The notes: generated from the letters alone by a model not told the origin. A stretch of DNA of 64,000 nt from Kiritimatiellia bacterium (GCA_040767085.1 JAXGPF010000003.1:288001-352000), one strand, 5' to 3'; shown: positions 47,766 to 57,277, numbered from the stretch's first letter. Made by a program: numbers and translations.

Positions 47766-49658
47766 TTATGGCGCGAATTCCTCCATAACCACATCAATCA
47801 ACTCCGGATGTTCCCTGAAGGTTTCGAAAAACGCCAGCATGATGTCCTGCGCCCCCGCCGACCCGGCAATTCTGATTTCCCGGCGCAGCCGTTCCGGGGT
47901 TTTCAGCCTGTCGCCGCCGTAAACGCCGACAAACGGAACAAACCGGTTGAAGTCATGGTGCTGGCCCGACTCGGCCTGGTAAGCTTCGCATAAATCCAGG
48001 ATTTTGCCGTAGGACCAGAACGGCTTGTAAAACCAGGCTACCGTCTGCCCGCAGTAATCCACGTGCAATTTCGCCGGATACAGCGGGTTCAAATCGAAGT
48101 CCGGATAGATGTGGATGGCCAGTTTCAGGTTTGGTTTGATTTTCAACAACAATTCCCGGACTTGCCGGGTCCAATTCACCAGCCGGGCTTCGGAATATCT
48201 GGCCAGCACTTCCCTGGCATCCATTTCCGGGTGGTCTGCGGCGAATGCCAGGCGTTGCGTGCGCGAGTAATCGCAGAAACAGGCGTAATAATTCCGGTAC
48301 CCCAGGTAATCCAGCCCGATGCCGTCCAAGTCGTATTTCGAGAACAATTCGGTCAAACACTTTGCTTCTTCCGGGTCCAACCCGCGGTCGGGGCACAGCC
48401 AATCGCCGGAATGGGCATTGGCGCGATCGGGCGTAACGCGCGGCATTTTGATGGATTGTTCTTCCCAGGGCTGGATTTGCTGCGCCAGTTCGGGATGGTT
48501 TTTGATATATTGCATGTTGAGCGTCCGCAGGTTGATCGTCCAGGCATAAACCTGGATATTCTTCGCCCGGGCGGCGCGGATCAGTTCGCCCAACGGATCG
48601 ATGGTTACGCCTTTGGGTTTGGGATAATATTCGCTGTCGTAACAGACCGTCCCGCCCCCGGCGGCAGCGGACGCGATGACGGCGTTGACATGCATTTTCT
48701 CCAGCGTGCTCACCAGGTTGCTGATAGATTCCAGCGTCCGCATGTCTTTATGACGCGCCCACATGGCGCGCCAGGCAAATTCCGCTTTCGGCAGTTGCGC
48801 GGTTTTTGCCGTTTGCGCGAATGCCCGTTCGGCATGGAAAAGCAGCCCGCCCCACTTGTCCGGATTATGGCAATCGCGGACGCCGATCACCGGCCAGGTC
48901 CAGTAACTGGCTTCGCCGCCGCGGGCCGCATAACGGCGCCCGAGATGGGCCAGCCACCGGTCGCCGGACCGCGGCGGATAATTTGTTCCCTCCGCCAGGT
49001 GGGCCAGCGCGGCGAAGGGGATGGCGATTTCCGCTTGCCAGCCTTCATCAATGTCGTACGGATCATTCAAGGTGCCCCGCACGACAACGGCCTGCTGCAT
49101 GCCGTCGCAATTCCATTCCGGGACATCCGGCGGGTCAAAGTGGACGGCGCCGATGCGCTCGCTGACTTCCCTGCGCCATGGCGACTTATGCCATTTATCG
49201 CAGATTTTACCCAACGGATTGATGTGGGTTTCCGTGTAGCGCTGACCGATGCAATCCGGCGCGAGATAAATCTTGAAAAAACTTTCCGTGTACGCCTGCT
49301 TGCGCCGGGCGGGAGTTTGCCAACCTTCAACTTTCAATCCCATGGGATCGTCCCGGACGATCTTGGCGGCCCAGACATCCGGATCGCCGGCGGCAAGCGC
49401 GAAATATAAATATTGGTCATCCCATAGCAGCCGGGCCTGGACCGGGTACCGCGCCGGGGAGCCGTCGGCGATATCGGCGAAGACCGGCGACGGTTCGGCA
49501 TCCAGCCAGGCCGGATCGTCGAATTGCCCGTCAACGACAATAGGCGAGGATGCTTTGTAAACCGGATATTCCGGCGGAGAATTGTCATTTACAGCATCCG
49601 CCGCCATAGCTGAACTCGCCATGACAAATAAAACGGCACACCTAACCAGTATTTTCAT
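47766..49658 (-). CDS. Secreted CBM9-like + GHL10/DUF187-like glycoside hydrolase
   Basis: Signal peptide; IVVDGQFDDPAW...ARLLWDDQYLY...WQAEIAIPF; DPLGELIRAARAKNIQVYAW, WLCP, YDLDGIGLDY. Confidence 0.75.
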   Translation of the reverse strand: MKILVRCAVLFVMASSAMAADAVNDNSPPEYPVYKASSPIVVDGQFDDPAWLDAEPSPVFADIADGSPARYPVQARLLWDDQYLYFALAAGDPDVWAAKIVRDDPMGLKVEGWQTPARRKQAYTESFFKIYLAPDCIGQRYTETHINPLGKICDKWHKSPWRREVSERIGAVHFDPPDVPEWNCDGMQQAVVVRGTLNDPYDIDEGWQAEIAIPFAALAHLAEGTNYPPRSGDRWLAHLGRRYAARGGEASYWTWPVIGVRDCHNPDKWGGLLFHAERAFAQTAKTAQLPKAEFAWRAMWARHKDMRTLESISNLVSTLEKMHVNAVIASAAAGGGTVCYDSEYYPKPKGVTIDPLGELIRAARAKNIQVYAWTINLRTLNMQYIKNHPELAQQIQPWEEQSIKMPRVTPDRANAHSGDWLCPDRGLDPEEAKCLTELFSKYDLDGIGLDYLGYRNYYACFCDYSRTQRLAFAADHPEMDAREVLARYSEARLVNWTRQVRELLLKIKPNLKLAIHIYPDFDLNPLYPAKLHVDYCGQTVAWFYKPFWSYGKILDLCEAYQAESGQHHDFNRFVPFVGVYGGDRLKTPERLRREIRIAGSAGAQDIMLAFFETFREHPELIDVVMEEFAP

Positions 49659-49675
49659 AAGATTATTATTGTTCC

Positions 49676-49948
49676 TTCCCCTCTTCGCCCCCTTCGCGTC
49701 CTTCGTGGTTAATCAGAAAAGGGGCAAAGGATCAAAGGCACAAAGGGGCAAAGGGGCAGAGCGGCAGAATCTGGTTCTTTCGCGTTCCTTGTGTTCTTTT
49801 GTGGTTAATTCCTTCCCTTCGTGACCTTCGCGTCCTTCGTGGTTAATCAGAAAAGGGGCAGAGCGGCAGAATCTGGCTCTTTCGCGTTCCTTGTGTTCTT
49901 TTGTGGTTAATTCCTTCCCTTCGTGACCTTCGCGTCCTTGGTGGTTAA
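49676..49948. repeat. Composite tandem repeat (102-bp period) built from 9-mer and 8-mer sub-repeats
   Basis: GTGGTTAA at 49705, 49801, 49839, 49903 and 49941; the first unit carries four extra 8-mers (32 bp). Confidence 0.9.
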
Positions 49949-50104
49949 AGATTTCCGCCATTTTTGCCTTTTGCCGCCAATCCCATCTCCACCTTCATCC
50001 AGGGCAACACCGGCTTAAAAAAGCTTCGGCGCCGCCGGCACAAACCCATCCGCCTGCACGTTAATTTCATACTCGAAATCCGTCCGTTCCGGCGGCGCGA
50101 CTGA

Positions 50105-51659
50105 TCAACGGAAGACGCAAATCGTCCCGCGCAGCAGGTATTCGTAACACCCCATGTCCGTCCTGCCGGAAAACCGGTCCAACCGGGGGCGGCCGTCCAG
50201 GTCGGTTGCGCCCGTCATCCACGCCTGGTTGGTTCCGGCATTGATTGCCGGCGACTGCGCCGCCAGCCGGTAGTTGCCGGCGCCATAATCGGCAAATTCC
50301 GGCGCGGCGGTGATGTTGCCCTGCTCCGCGTTGGCCAGGTTGGGGCTGCAGGAATAATAAAAGGCGTTGGTCAAGTGGTCCGCCGGCAGGCTCAAATCCG
50401 ACTGCCCGGCTCCGCCCATGAGGTTGGATACTGCGATTATGTTCCAGACCGCCAGGTTGCCCGCCGGCAGATTGTTGCTCACGGCAATTCCGCCGCCATG
50501 CATGCTTTCGTTGTCGGCGATCGTGCAGTTGGCCATGGTCACCTTGCCCGTGCCGATGTAAACTCCACCGCCGTAACTGCTGCTTCCGCTGCCCCGATTG
50601 CCGGCGATCAGGCAATTGCGCACGGTCAGATGGGTATCCGCGGAAGAGGCATTATGAACAAAGATTCCGCCGCCCCGTTGGCCTGCGGGCACAACGTTCG
50701 ACACGATCTCACAGGATTCCACCAGCCCTTGATTGTCCTGGAAAAATAAGCCGCCGCCTTCGCCGCCGGTATTGGTGTTGGCAACCACTCTCGAGTGGGT
50801 CACGGTCATCGCGCCATATAGCCCGGTTTTTACGTTGTTCGCTACGCCGCCGCCATAATTCGCCCGGTTGCCTTCAATCACGCAGTTGGTTATCAGCAAT
50901 GATTGATCAAAAGTCAGCACACCGCCGCCGCCGCTGAGGGCGCGGTTGTGGATAATTGTACAATTGGCCAGAACCGAAGTTGAAATGGAATAATATATGC
51001 CCCCGGCATGAACGGGTGAATAATTATTGCTGATAACGCAGCCGATGACGGTCCCGCCGTTTTTGACCCGGATGCCGCCTCCGTATACACCGGCGCCGGT
51101 GATCCAATTATCCAGGATATGGCAGTTGGATATCACGCTTCCCTGGCAATCCACGCCGCCGCCATTCGCGCCGAGGGAAACATTCGTCACAATCCGCGAG
51201 TTCAGCAATTGCGCGCCTTGCGAGATGAACGCGCCGCCGCCGCCCCAGGTTGTTGCATTCGACAAATTCTCGTTGCTGACCACCTGGCAATCGGTGATGA
51301 TTGAATTTGAGCCGGCGGCATAAATGCCGCCGCCATTTAACAACGAATGGCAATGCCGGATGATGCAATTGGTCACCACCCCGGCCTGCATATAAATGCC
51401 GCCGCCGCGTCCACTATAGTCGCTGCCGGGCGGATACCCGTTCTGGATGGTCAGCCCCTCAACCACCGCGCCGGCATTGTACACCCGGATGCAGCGGGTT
51501 GAATTTGCCGGGTCCGGATACATGGTCGTAACGACCACCCCCGTTGGCGCATTCATCCCGCGCAAGGTCCCAGGCGGCGCCCGCCCAACAGAGCCAAGCG
51601 CCGGCCAGCAATCCGGGCCCGGCAATTCCCCGCAAACAGCGCCACGTAAAGGTTTTCAT
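50105..51659 (-). pseudogene. Beta-helix / choice-of-anchor-Q-like gene with an N-terminal deletion and frameshift
   Basis: GGAGG RBS and signal peptide MKTFTWRC...WAGAAW in one frame; the body TLRGMNAPTG...DMGCYEYLLRGTICVFR in another. The YYVA...AI block of paralogue 34407..36134 is missing at ~51569. Confidence 0.75.
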
Positions 51660-51979
51660 GCCATCTCCTCCAATTTAATCAAACCGCCACCTTCCTTTTA
51701 ATACTCATTGCTTCCAGACTCAAATGCCTCACTGCCGGCAAGTATACCACGGCAGGCAGACGGATGCCATATATTGTTCATGCATGCGCTCTTTTTCAAG
51801 TCAATTATGGGGACATTTTTAAACGAGTCTTGACAGAAATTTTTTCTGCAGCTTGCATTGGCGGCGTTATCCCGCAGCCTGTTAATCCGGGGTTCTGCGG
51901 CGCGCTGGGGGCAGGTCGGAGCAAATGGTTGTTGTCAAGCCGGCGGCGGCAGCGTCAGATTGAACCGGCGTTGCCGCGG

Positions 51980-52414
51980 TCACTTTTTCCGGCGGACCAC
52001 CAGGCGGCAACGAGCCTGGCCGCATTGGGCAAGGTCTATTTCGTATTCGAATCCCAGCGGCTCCAGCACGCGCCGGTACAGCAGGTCGCAATGCTCGCAA
52101 TAGCGCGGATACGGCTGCATTTGCCGGTATGCCAGCAACCGCCCTTTGGAAGGGCAATGCCGCATGTCGATCCGGAACTCGCCGGCGGCTTCGTCCAACT
52201 CCATGGTGAAATCGGCGGCTTCCTCGTTCAGCGTCTGCGCCCAATAATCCCAGCAACCGCGCAGGCCGCGGCTCGCGGCCAGGTCGCGGAGATTGGTCAG
52301 GTAGGTATCCGACAGGTGTTCCCAGAATTTAACGACCGCATCCCGCCCGCCGCGTTCTTCGAGAAACTTGAACAACTCGCTGTAAGCGGGAATGAATTCG
52401 GTGCAGGATATCAC
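51980..52414 (-). CDS. Small hypothetical protein, V4R/ATC-hydrolase-like Cys motif
   Basis: IDMRHCPSKG...YCEHC...GFEYE....C..ARC; its start overlaps the upstream stop by 4 nt. Confidence 0.7.
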   Translation of the reverse strand: MISCTEFIPAYSELFKFLEERGGRDAVVKFWEHLSDTYLTNLRDLAASRGLRGCWDYWAQTLNEEAADFTMELDEAAGEFRIDMRHCPSKGRLLAYRQMQPYPRYCEHCDLLYRRVLEPLGFEYEIDLAQCGQARCRLVVRRKK

Positions 52415-52878
52415 GGCTGCCTCCGGTAAAAACGCTGCCGGCTGGCGCCGGTCAGCGGATCATAATCGCGCAATTCAAAGGCGAAGGGCGTATCCCGGCA
52501 GATGGTTTCGTTGACGATGCGGGTGGTGTCGGCGTACAGCGCGGACGGCAGGCCGCCCTGGCGCCGGATATGCTCGACGGCCGGACAGCGTTCAACCTCG
52601 ATCAGCAACTCTGCGTCGTCGCCGGAAATCCGGACCTGGCCGCCCTCGAGGCGGTAAATGTTTTCGAAATACTCCCGCAGCGCCGCCAGCCCCCGCCGCC
52701 GCAGTTCGGCCTGCAGCGGCGCATGGTAGGCGGCGGCAAACCGGCCCAGGTAGTCGCGGGCGGCGGCTACCCCGAAATTGACGCGGAGATATTCCAGGGC
52801 GGCGTTCAGCGCGCAATGAAAATCGCGGTGGAAATAAACATTGTCCGACGCCTGGCGCGTCATGGTCAGGTTGGGCAT
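52411..52878 (-). CDS. Small hypothetical protein, probable distant paralogue of 51980..52414
   Basis: GLAALREYF..IYRLEG...IEVERCPAV parallels GLRGCWDYW..TLNEEA...IDMRHCPSK. Confidence 0.7.
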   Translation of the reverse strand: MPNLTMTRQASDNVYFHRDFHCALNAALEYLRVNFGVAAARDYLGRFAAAYHAPLQAELRRRGLAALREYFENIYRLEGGQVRISGDDAELLIEVERCPAVEHIRRQGGLPSALYADTTRIVNETICRDTPFAFELRDYDPLTGASRQRFYRRQP

Positions 52879-53804
52879 ATTTTCAGATACTCCGCTTCGC
52901 GCCGCAACGCGCGGCAGATGGCGCGGCGGCAGGACTCCGTCAAGGGGTACTGCGGATAGTTGCGCCAGGTTTTAAAGATGCCCATTTCCACCAGCAACTG
53001 CTTTTCGCCGGCCAGCCAGCATTGGATTTTTTTCCCGCCGTATACATCGTACATCAGGCGGTTCATGCGCGCCTGCAATTTTTCCGCGCGCGGCAGGTCG
53101 CCGGCGCGCGCGGCGGCGATGATCTGGAGCGCCAGATAGCCGTTGAAAACGCCGCCGCCCAACAGCAGTCCGTCGTAACCGGCTTGCAGATACGGCACGC
53201 AGTTGAATTCCCAGCCATTCAGCAGCACCAGCTCCGGACGGCGGCGGCGGATGGCCAGGAGCGCGCGCATGCGCGCCAGGTCGGCGGAACTGTCCTTGAC
53301 CATCACCACGCGGGGCTCGGCGCAAATCCGGCGCAACATGGCGGCGCTGACCGCCACCGGCCCGTTGGCGCCCCGATCGTAAATACCGACCGGCAGGGGG
53401 CTTTGGCGGACCGTCTCCAGGTAGATTTGCAGAATGTGCTCCGGGGTTTTGTTGGCAATGAAATACGGCGGGGCAATCACCGCGATCTCCGCGCCGGCAT
53501 CGCGGGCCCGGGCGATGTTATCCAGCATCCGCGCGGCGGAATTATCCGTCACCTGCACGGCCAGCGGCGCGCGGCCGCGCGCATGCCGGACGTAAAACCG
53601 CAGCAGGCGCCGGCGCTGGGCATCGGTCAGCCACGGGCCTTCGCCGTTGGTGCCGGCAATGAAATAGCCATTAATACCCAGTCGGCGGTCATGCTCCAGC
53701 ATCCGCCCCAGCGAGTCTTCATCCAATTCCATCCCGGCGGTCAGCGGCGTGGGCGCCGCCGACCAGACGCCGCCCGGCAGGCGGCCGCTAAGTTTGTTCG
53801 CCAT
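52866..53804 (-). CDS. Dihydrodipicolinate synthase-family aldolase/dehydratase
   Basis: GVWSAAPTP, GTNGEG, IYD, MVKDSS (Schiff-base Lys); GAGGAG RBS. Confidence 0.85.
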   Translation of the reverse strand: MANKLSGRLPGGVWSAAPTPLTAGMELDEDSLGRMLEHDRRLGINGYFIAGTNGEGPWLTDAQRRRLLRFYVRHARGRAPLAVQVTDNSAARMLDNIARARDAGAEIAVIAPPYFIANKTPEHILQIYLETVRQSPLPVGIYDRGANGPVAVSAAMLRRICAEPRVVMVKDSSADLARMRALLAIRRRRPELVLLNGWEFNCVPYLQAGYDGLLLGGGVFNGYLALQIIAAARAGDLPRAEKLQARMNRLMYDVYGGKKIQCWLAGEKQLLVEMGIFKTWRNYPQYPLTESCRRAICRALRREAEYLKICPT

Positions 53805-53836
53805 ATAACTCCTCAATTTATCCGCCGCGCTGGTCT

Positions 53837-54877
53837 TCAGCCGGACTGGTGCGGGGTCATGACGGCCTTAATGATCGGCTGGCTCGCTTCGACAATGGCC
53901 CGCAGGGTTTCCCGGGCTTGCGCGAAGCCGAAGGTATGGGTCACCAACCGGCGCCCATCCACCAGGCCGTCGCGCAGCAGGCGGTTGGAAACCGGGAAAT
54001 TGATCGCCGGCTCGGCAAAGGCCGGGCGCAGTGTGATTTTCCGGAAAATCAAGTCGTTGACGTCCACTTCAATCTTGTTGCGGCCGCCGAAGTGCAGGCC
54101 GAAGAAGGTAATGATGCCGCCGAACTTGACGATTTTCAAGGCATCGTAAATGCTTTCCGGCGGCGAACTGACAATCACCCGCTCCACGCCGTTGGGAAAA
54201 CGTTTTTTAACCGCGGCTTCCGCGTCCTCCTTGCGCGTTTCAATCAGGGTGTCGCAGCCAAAGGCGGCGGCGGCGTCAAAGCGCGCCTTTTCCATGGCGG
54301 TGTCGCGGCTCAAGCCCGTGATGAACACATGGCCGGCGCCGCGCAGTTTGGCCAGGCGGGCGGCCATCAGGCCCAGCGGCCCGTTGCCCAGCACCGCCAC
54401 CGGCGCGCCAAGCGGAATTTCCGCCAGGAGCACCGCCGTGAGCGAGACCGCCAGCGGCTCCGTCAGGCTGGCGATGGCATAGTCCAGATCCTCGAATTTA
54501 TCGAGCAGGTTATAGCGCACCGCCATGTATTGCCCCATGCCGGGCTGGCCTTCCATGTTGTACATGTTGCGGCAGAATTCCGGGTGGCCGCTCTTGCAGT
54601 TTTCACAAATGCCGCACATCGAGCAATCCTCGACAATCACGCGGTCGCCCGGTTTGACGGTCTGGACGTTTTTGCCGACTTCCAGCACTTCCGCCGCGAT
54701 TTCATGGCCCAGCGCCATGTGCTCGTCCGGCCAGTCCCGGACAAAATTCACATCCGTGCCGCACACGCCGCAGGCGTGCACCTTGACGATGACCTGGTCG
54801 TCGGACGGCGCCCCGATGTCCCGGGTGCGTTCTTGAATATCAATCCCGCGTTTGCCGAATAAACCCTTGCTTTGCAT
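53837..54877 (-). CDS. Zinc-dependent alcohol/polyol dehydrogenase (MDR)
   Basis: CGVCGTD, GHE, CGICENC..G..EFC, EPLAV, GNGPLGL. Confidence 0.92.
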   Translation of the reverse strand: MQSKGLFGKRGIDIQERTRDIGAPSDDQVIVKVHACGVCGTDVNFVRDWPDEHMALGHEIAAEVLEVGKNVQTVKPGDRVIVEDCSMCGICENCKSGHPEFCRNMYNMEGQPGMGQYMAVRYNLLDKFEDLDYAIASLTEPLAVSLTAVLLAEIPLGAPVAVLGNGPLGLMAARLAKLRGAGHVFITGLSRDTAMEKARFDAAAAFGCDTLIETRKEDAEAAVKKRFPNGVERVIVSSPPESIYDALKIVKFGGIITFFGLHFGGRNKIEVDVNDLIFRKITLRPAFAEPAINFPVSNRLLRDGLVDGRRLVTHTFGFAQARETLRAIVEASQPIIKAVMTPHQSG

Positions 54878-54995
54878 TTTCCCCTCCTCGGGCGGCAGGC
54901 GCCGCCCGCATCAATTTTGCTGGTTGCACAGGCCCGCGCCTGACCGGCCGCCGCCGCCGGCGGGGGCGGCGGCCCCGGATTCTCCACCGGCCGGA

Positions 54996-56324
54996 TCAGG
55001 CGGCGCCGTAAAGCCGGCCGTCGCCGCCGGGATAAACCTTGTCATCCGCGTGGCGCAGGACGGCATCCAGATCGCCGAAGACCTTGTGGAACGCCGCCAC
55101 GATCTTATCCATCAACGGGCGGCCGTTGGGGGCGTGGATGCCATGCACGACGGTATACGTGTCGCAGAGCATCGAGGCCACGGGATACTGTTCCACCCGG
55201 TAGTCATACTTGATGCCTTTCGCCTCGTTCACCGCCCAGGGATAGCCCGTGCCGCCGTAGCCCAGCCTGCTCTGGAACAAATCCTGCGCGGGCACGGGCA
55301 TGGTCTGCCATTGCCCGACCAGCATGCCTTCCTTGTACAGCGCTTTTTCCACGGCTTCGCGGAACCGGCGCGGCGCGCACTTGACGCCCGCGGCCTGGGG
55401 ATCGAACCGCACGTTGTACATGAAATACACGTGCCGGCAATCGGGCGGACAATACGGCGGGATCACGCCGGGCAGCTTGGCCAGTTCCTGCGAGAGGTAT
55501 TCGGCGTTGGCGATGCGCACGGCATTCAATTCATCCAGGTGCATCAACTGCGCCCGGGTATGCGCCGCCGGCAATTCCTGGTTGCGGTACATGTAGCCCA
55601 GGATCGAAGCATTGTACTTGCGGCGGTGCGTCACCTCGTCAACTTCATCGCCGAAACAGCGGATTAACACGCCTTTCTGAAGGATATCCTCGTCATCAGT
55701 GATGAACAGCCCGCCTTCGCCGCCGCAAAGGTTTTTGAAATTGTTCAGGCTGAACGTCCCGACGTTGCCGAAGGTGCCGACGTGCTTGCCCTTGTAGAGC
55801 GCGCCATGGGCCTGGCAGGAATCCTCGATGACGAACAGGTTGTGCTTCCTGGCAATGGCCATGATCCGGTCTTTTTCGCTCGGGCAGCCCTGGATGTCCA
55901 CCGGAATGATGGCCTTGGTGCGCGGCGTGATGGCCGCTTCCAGTTTTTCGGGATCAATGCAATAAGTCCGCGGATCGATGTCCGCGAAGACGGGGATGGC
56001 ATTCTGATGGATGGCGCAGGAAGCCGACGCCAGAAAGGTGAAGGCCGAGGTGATGACCTCGTCGCCCGGCCCGACGCCGGCCGCCGCCAGCCCCATGTGG
56101 AGGGCCGCCGTGCCGCTGCAGGTGGTCAGGCAGTGCTTGGCGCCCGTGTAGGCGGCCCATTCCTTTTCCAGCGCCGAAACCTGCGGCGCAGTGCCCCCGG
56201 CGACAATGCCGCTGTCCAGCACTTCGTTGACCAGGCGCCGGTCGTCCGCGGTAATCACCGGCCAGTTTTTATAATCGCTGCGCTGCAACATCGTTGTACC
56301 GCCGTCAATCGCCAGTTTTTCCAT
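54996..56324 (-). CDS. DegT/DnrJ/EryC1/StrS PLP-dependent aminotransferase
   Basis: LAIDGG..WP, SGTAALH, VGPGDEVI, IEDSCQAHGA, FSLNNFKNL.GGEGG. Confidence 0.93.
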   Translation of the reverse strand: MEKLAIDGGTTMLQRSDYKNWPVITADDRRLVNEVLDSGIVAGGTAPQVSALEKEWAAYTGAKHCLTTCSGTAALHMGLAAAGVGPGDEVITSAFTFLASASCAIHQNAIPVFADIDPRTYCIDPEKLEAAITPRTKAIIPVDIQGCPSEKDRIMAIARKHNLFVIEDSCQAHGALYKGKHVGTFGNVGTFSLNNFKNLCGGEGGLFITDDEDILQKGVLIRCFGDEVDEVTHRRKYNASILGYMYRNQELPAAHTRAQLMHLDELNAVRIANAEYLSQELAKLPGVIPPYCPPDCRHVYFMYNVRFDPQAAGVKCAPRRFREAVEKALYKEGMLVGQWQTMPVPAQDLFQSRLGYGGTGYPWAVNEAKGIKYDYRVEQYPVASMLCDTYTVVHGIHAPNGRPLMDKIVAAFHKVFGDLDAVLRHADDKVYPGGDGRLYGAA

Positions 56325-56386
56325 GGCTGTCTCTCCTTTTGTGCGCGGCTCCGCGGCGGAATGGCCACAACCCGCCGAACCGCAGT

Positions 56387-57166
56387 TTATGTTAAAGTCT
56401 CCGTCACCCGCGCGCTTCCGCGCGCGGGTTTCCGCTGGTATCCCCGGTCCGCTATGCGCGCGACGGATTTAAACTGGTAATATTCATACCGGTAATAACT
56501 GACAAACAACACCGCTACGCGTCCGCCCACCAGGTACACCAGGTTGGTTTCCTTCAAGAGCGGCGCACCCGGTCTGACCGACAGCAAGCGCGTCAGCGGC
56601 GCGGTAGCGGACACCCCTTCGATGGTCTGGCTCTCGTAATCCAGCGGCAAATGATGCACCGTGTATAATTGCTCGAGAAAATCCATGCACGCCAAGTCAT
56701 GCGCGCTGATTTGCCCGGCAAAAACCGCCGGCATCACCACTTCATCCACGGCCGTCGCCGCCCGCCCCAGCTTGTCGATGCGGCGCGCGAAAAGCACGCG
56801 GTCGCCGGGGGGAATCCCCAGCAAAACGGCATGGTCGGCGCCGGCCGGCTGAAATTGCCGCACCTGCACCACCCGGCGCAATTCCGGCGCATGCCGCATG
56901 ATGCTGGCGTAAAAGTCGCCGTTGACGATCGGAATGCGCCGGCGGGGTTGCGGATTGACGAAGGTGCCCCGGCCCTGCTGTCGGACGATCAGGCCTTCTT
57001 CCTCGAGAATCTGCAGGGCGCGGCGGATAGTGATGCGGGAAAGGCTCAATTCCCGGCACAAGCCGCGTTCCGTCGCCAGGCGCGCGCCCGGCTGCCAGAC
57101 GCCCGCGAGAATCCGTTCGCGGACCGACTGGGCCGCCGCGTTATAAGCCATGGTAGCGCGCTGCAT
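56387..57166 (-). CDS. GntR-family regulator, HutC/UTRA subfamily
   Basis: PGARLATERGLC..LSLSRITIRRAL..LEEEGLIVRQQGRGTFV plus a UTRA domain; start inferred (57166 or 57151). Confidence 0.9.
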   Translation of the reverse strand: MQRATMAYNAAAQSVRERILAGVWQPGARLATERGLCRELSLSRITIRRALQILEEEGLIVRQQGRGTFVNPQPRRRIPIVNGDFYASIMRHAPELRRVVQVRQFQPAGADHAVLLGIPPGDRVLFARRIDKLGRAATAVDEVVMPAVFAGQISAHDLACMDFLEQLYTVHHLPLDYESQTIEGVSATAPLTRLLSVRPGAPLLKETNLVYLVGGRVAVLFVSYYRYEYYQFKSVARIADRGYQRKPARGSARVTETLT

Positions 57167-57238
57167 TGCGATGGTAACCGCCCCCCGGCGGCGCAGCCTG
57201 CCGCAACATACGGCGCCGGCACACCGGGGTTCATTAAT

Positions 57239-57277
57239 ATTGGTTATAACCATATAACCAATCGCCAAAAACGTCAA
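57239..57277 (-). promoter_or_regulatory. Promoter (TTGACG-N17-TATGGT) overlapped by a probable GntR operator
   Basis: ATTGGTTATA-ACCA-TATAACCAAT is a perfect 10-bp IR (57239-57262) containing the palindrome TGGTTATAACCA. Confidence 0.75.

Noticed and set aside
49676-49948. Possible CRISPR array
   Set aside because: The intervening sequences are themselves repeated, there are no unique spacers, and no cas genes are in the window.
53837-56324. Aminoglycoside biosynthetic cluster
   Set aside because: No 2-deoxy-scyllo-inosose synthase, glycosyltransferases or resistance genes were seen.
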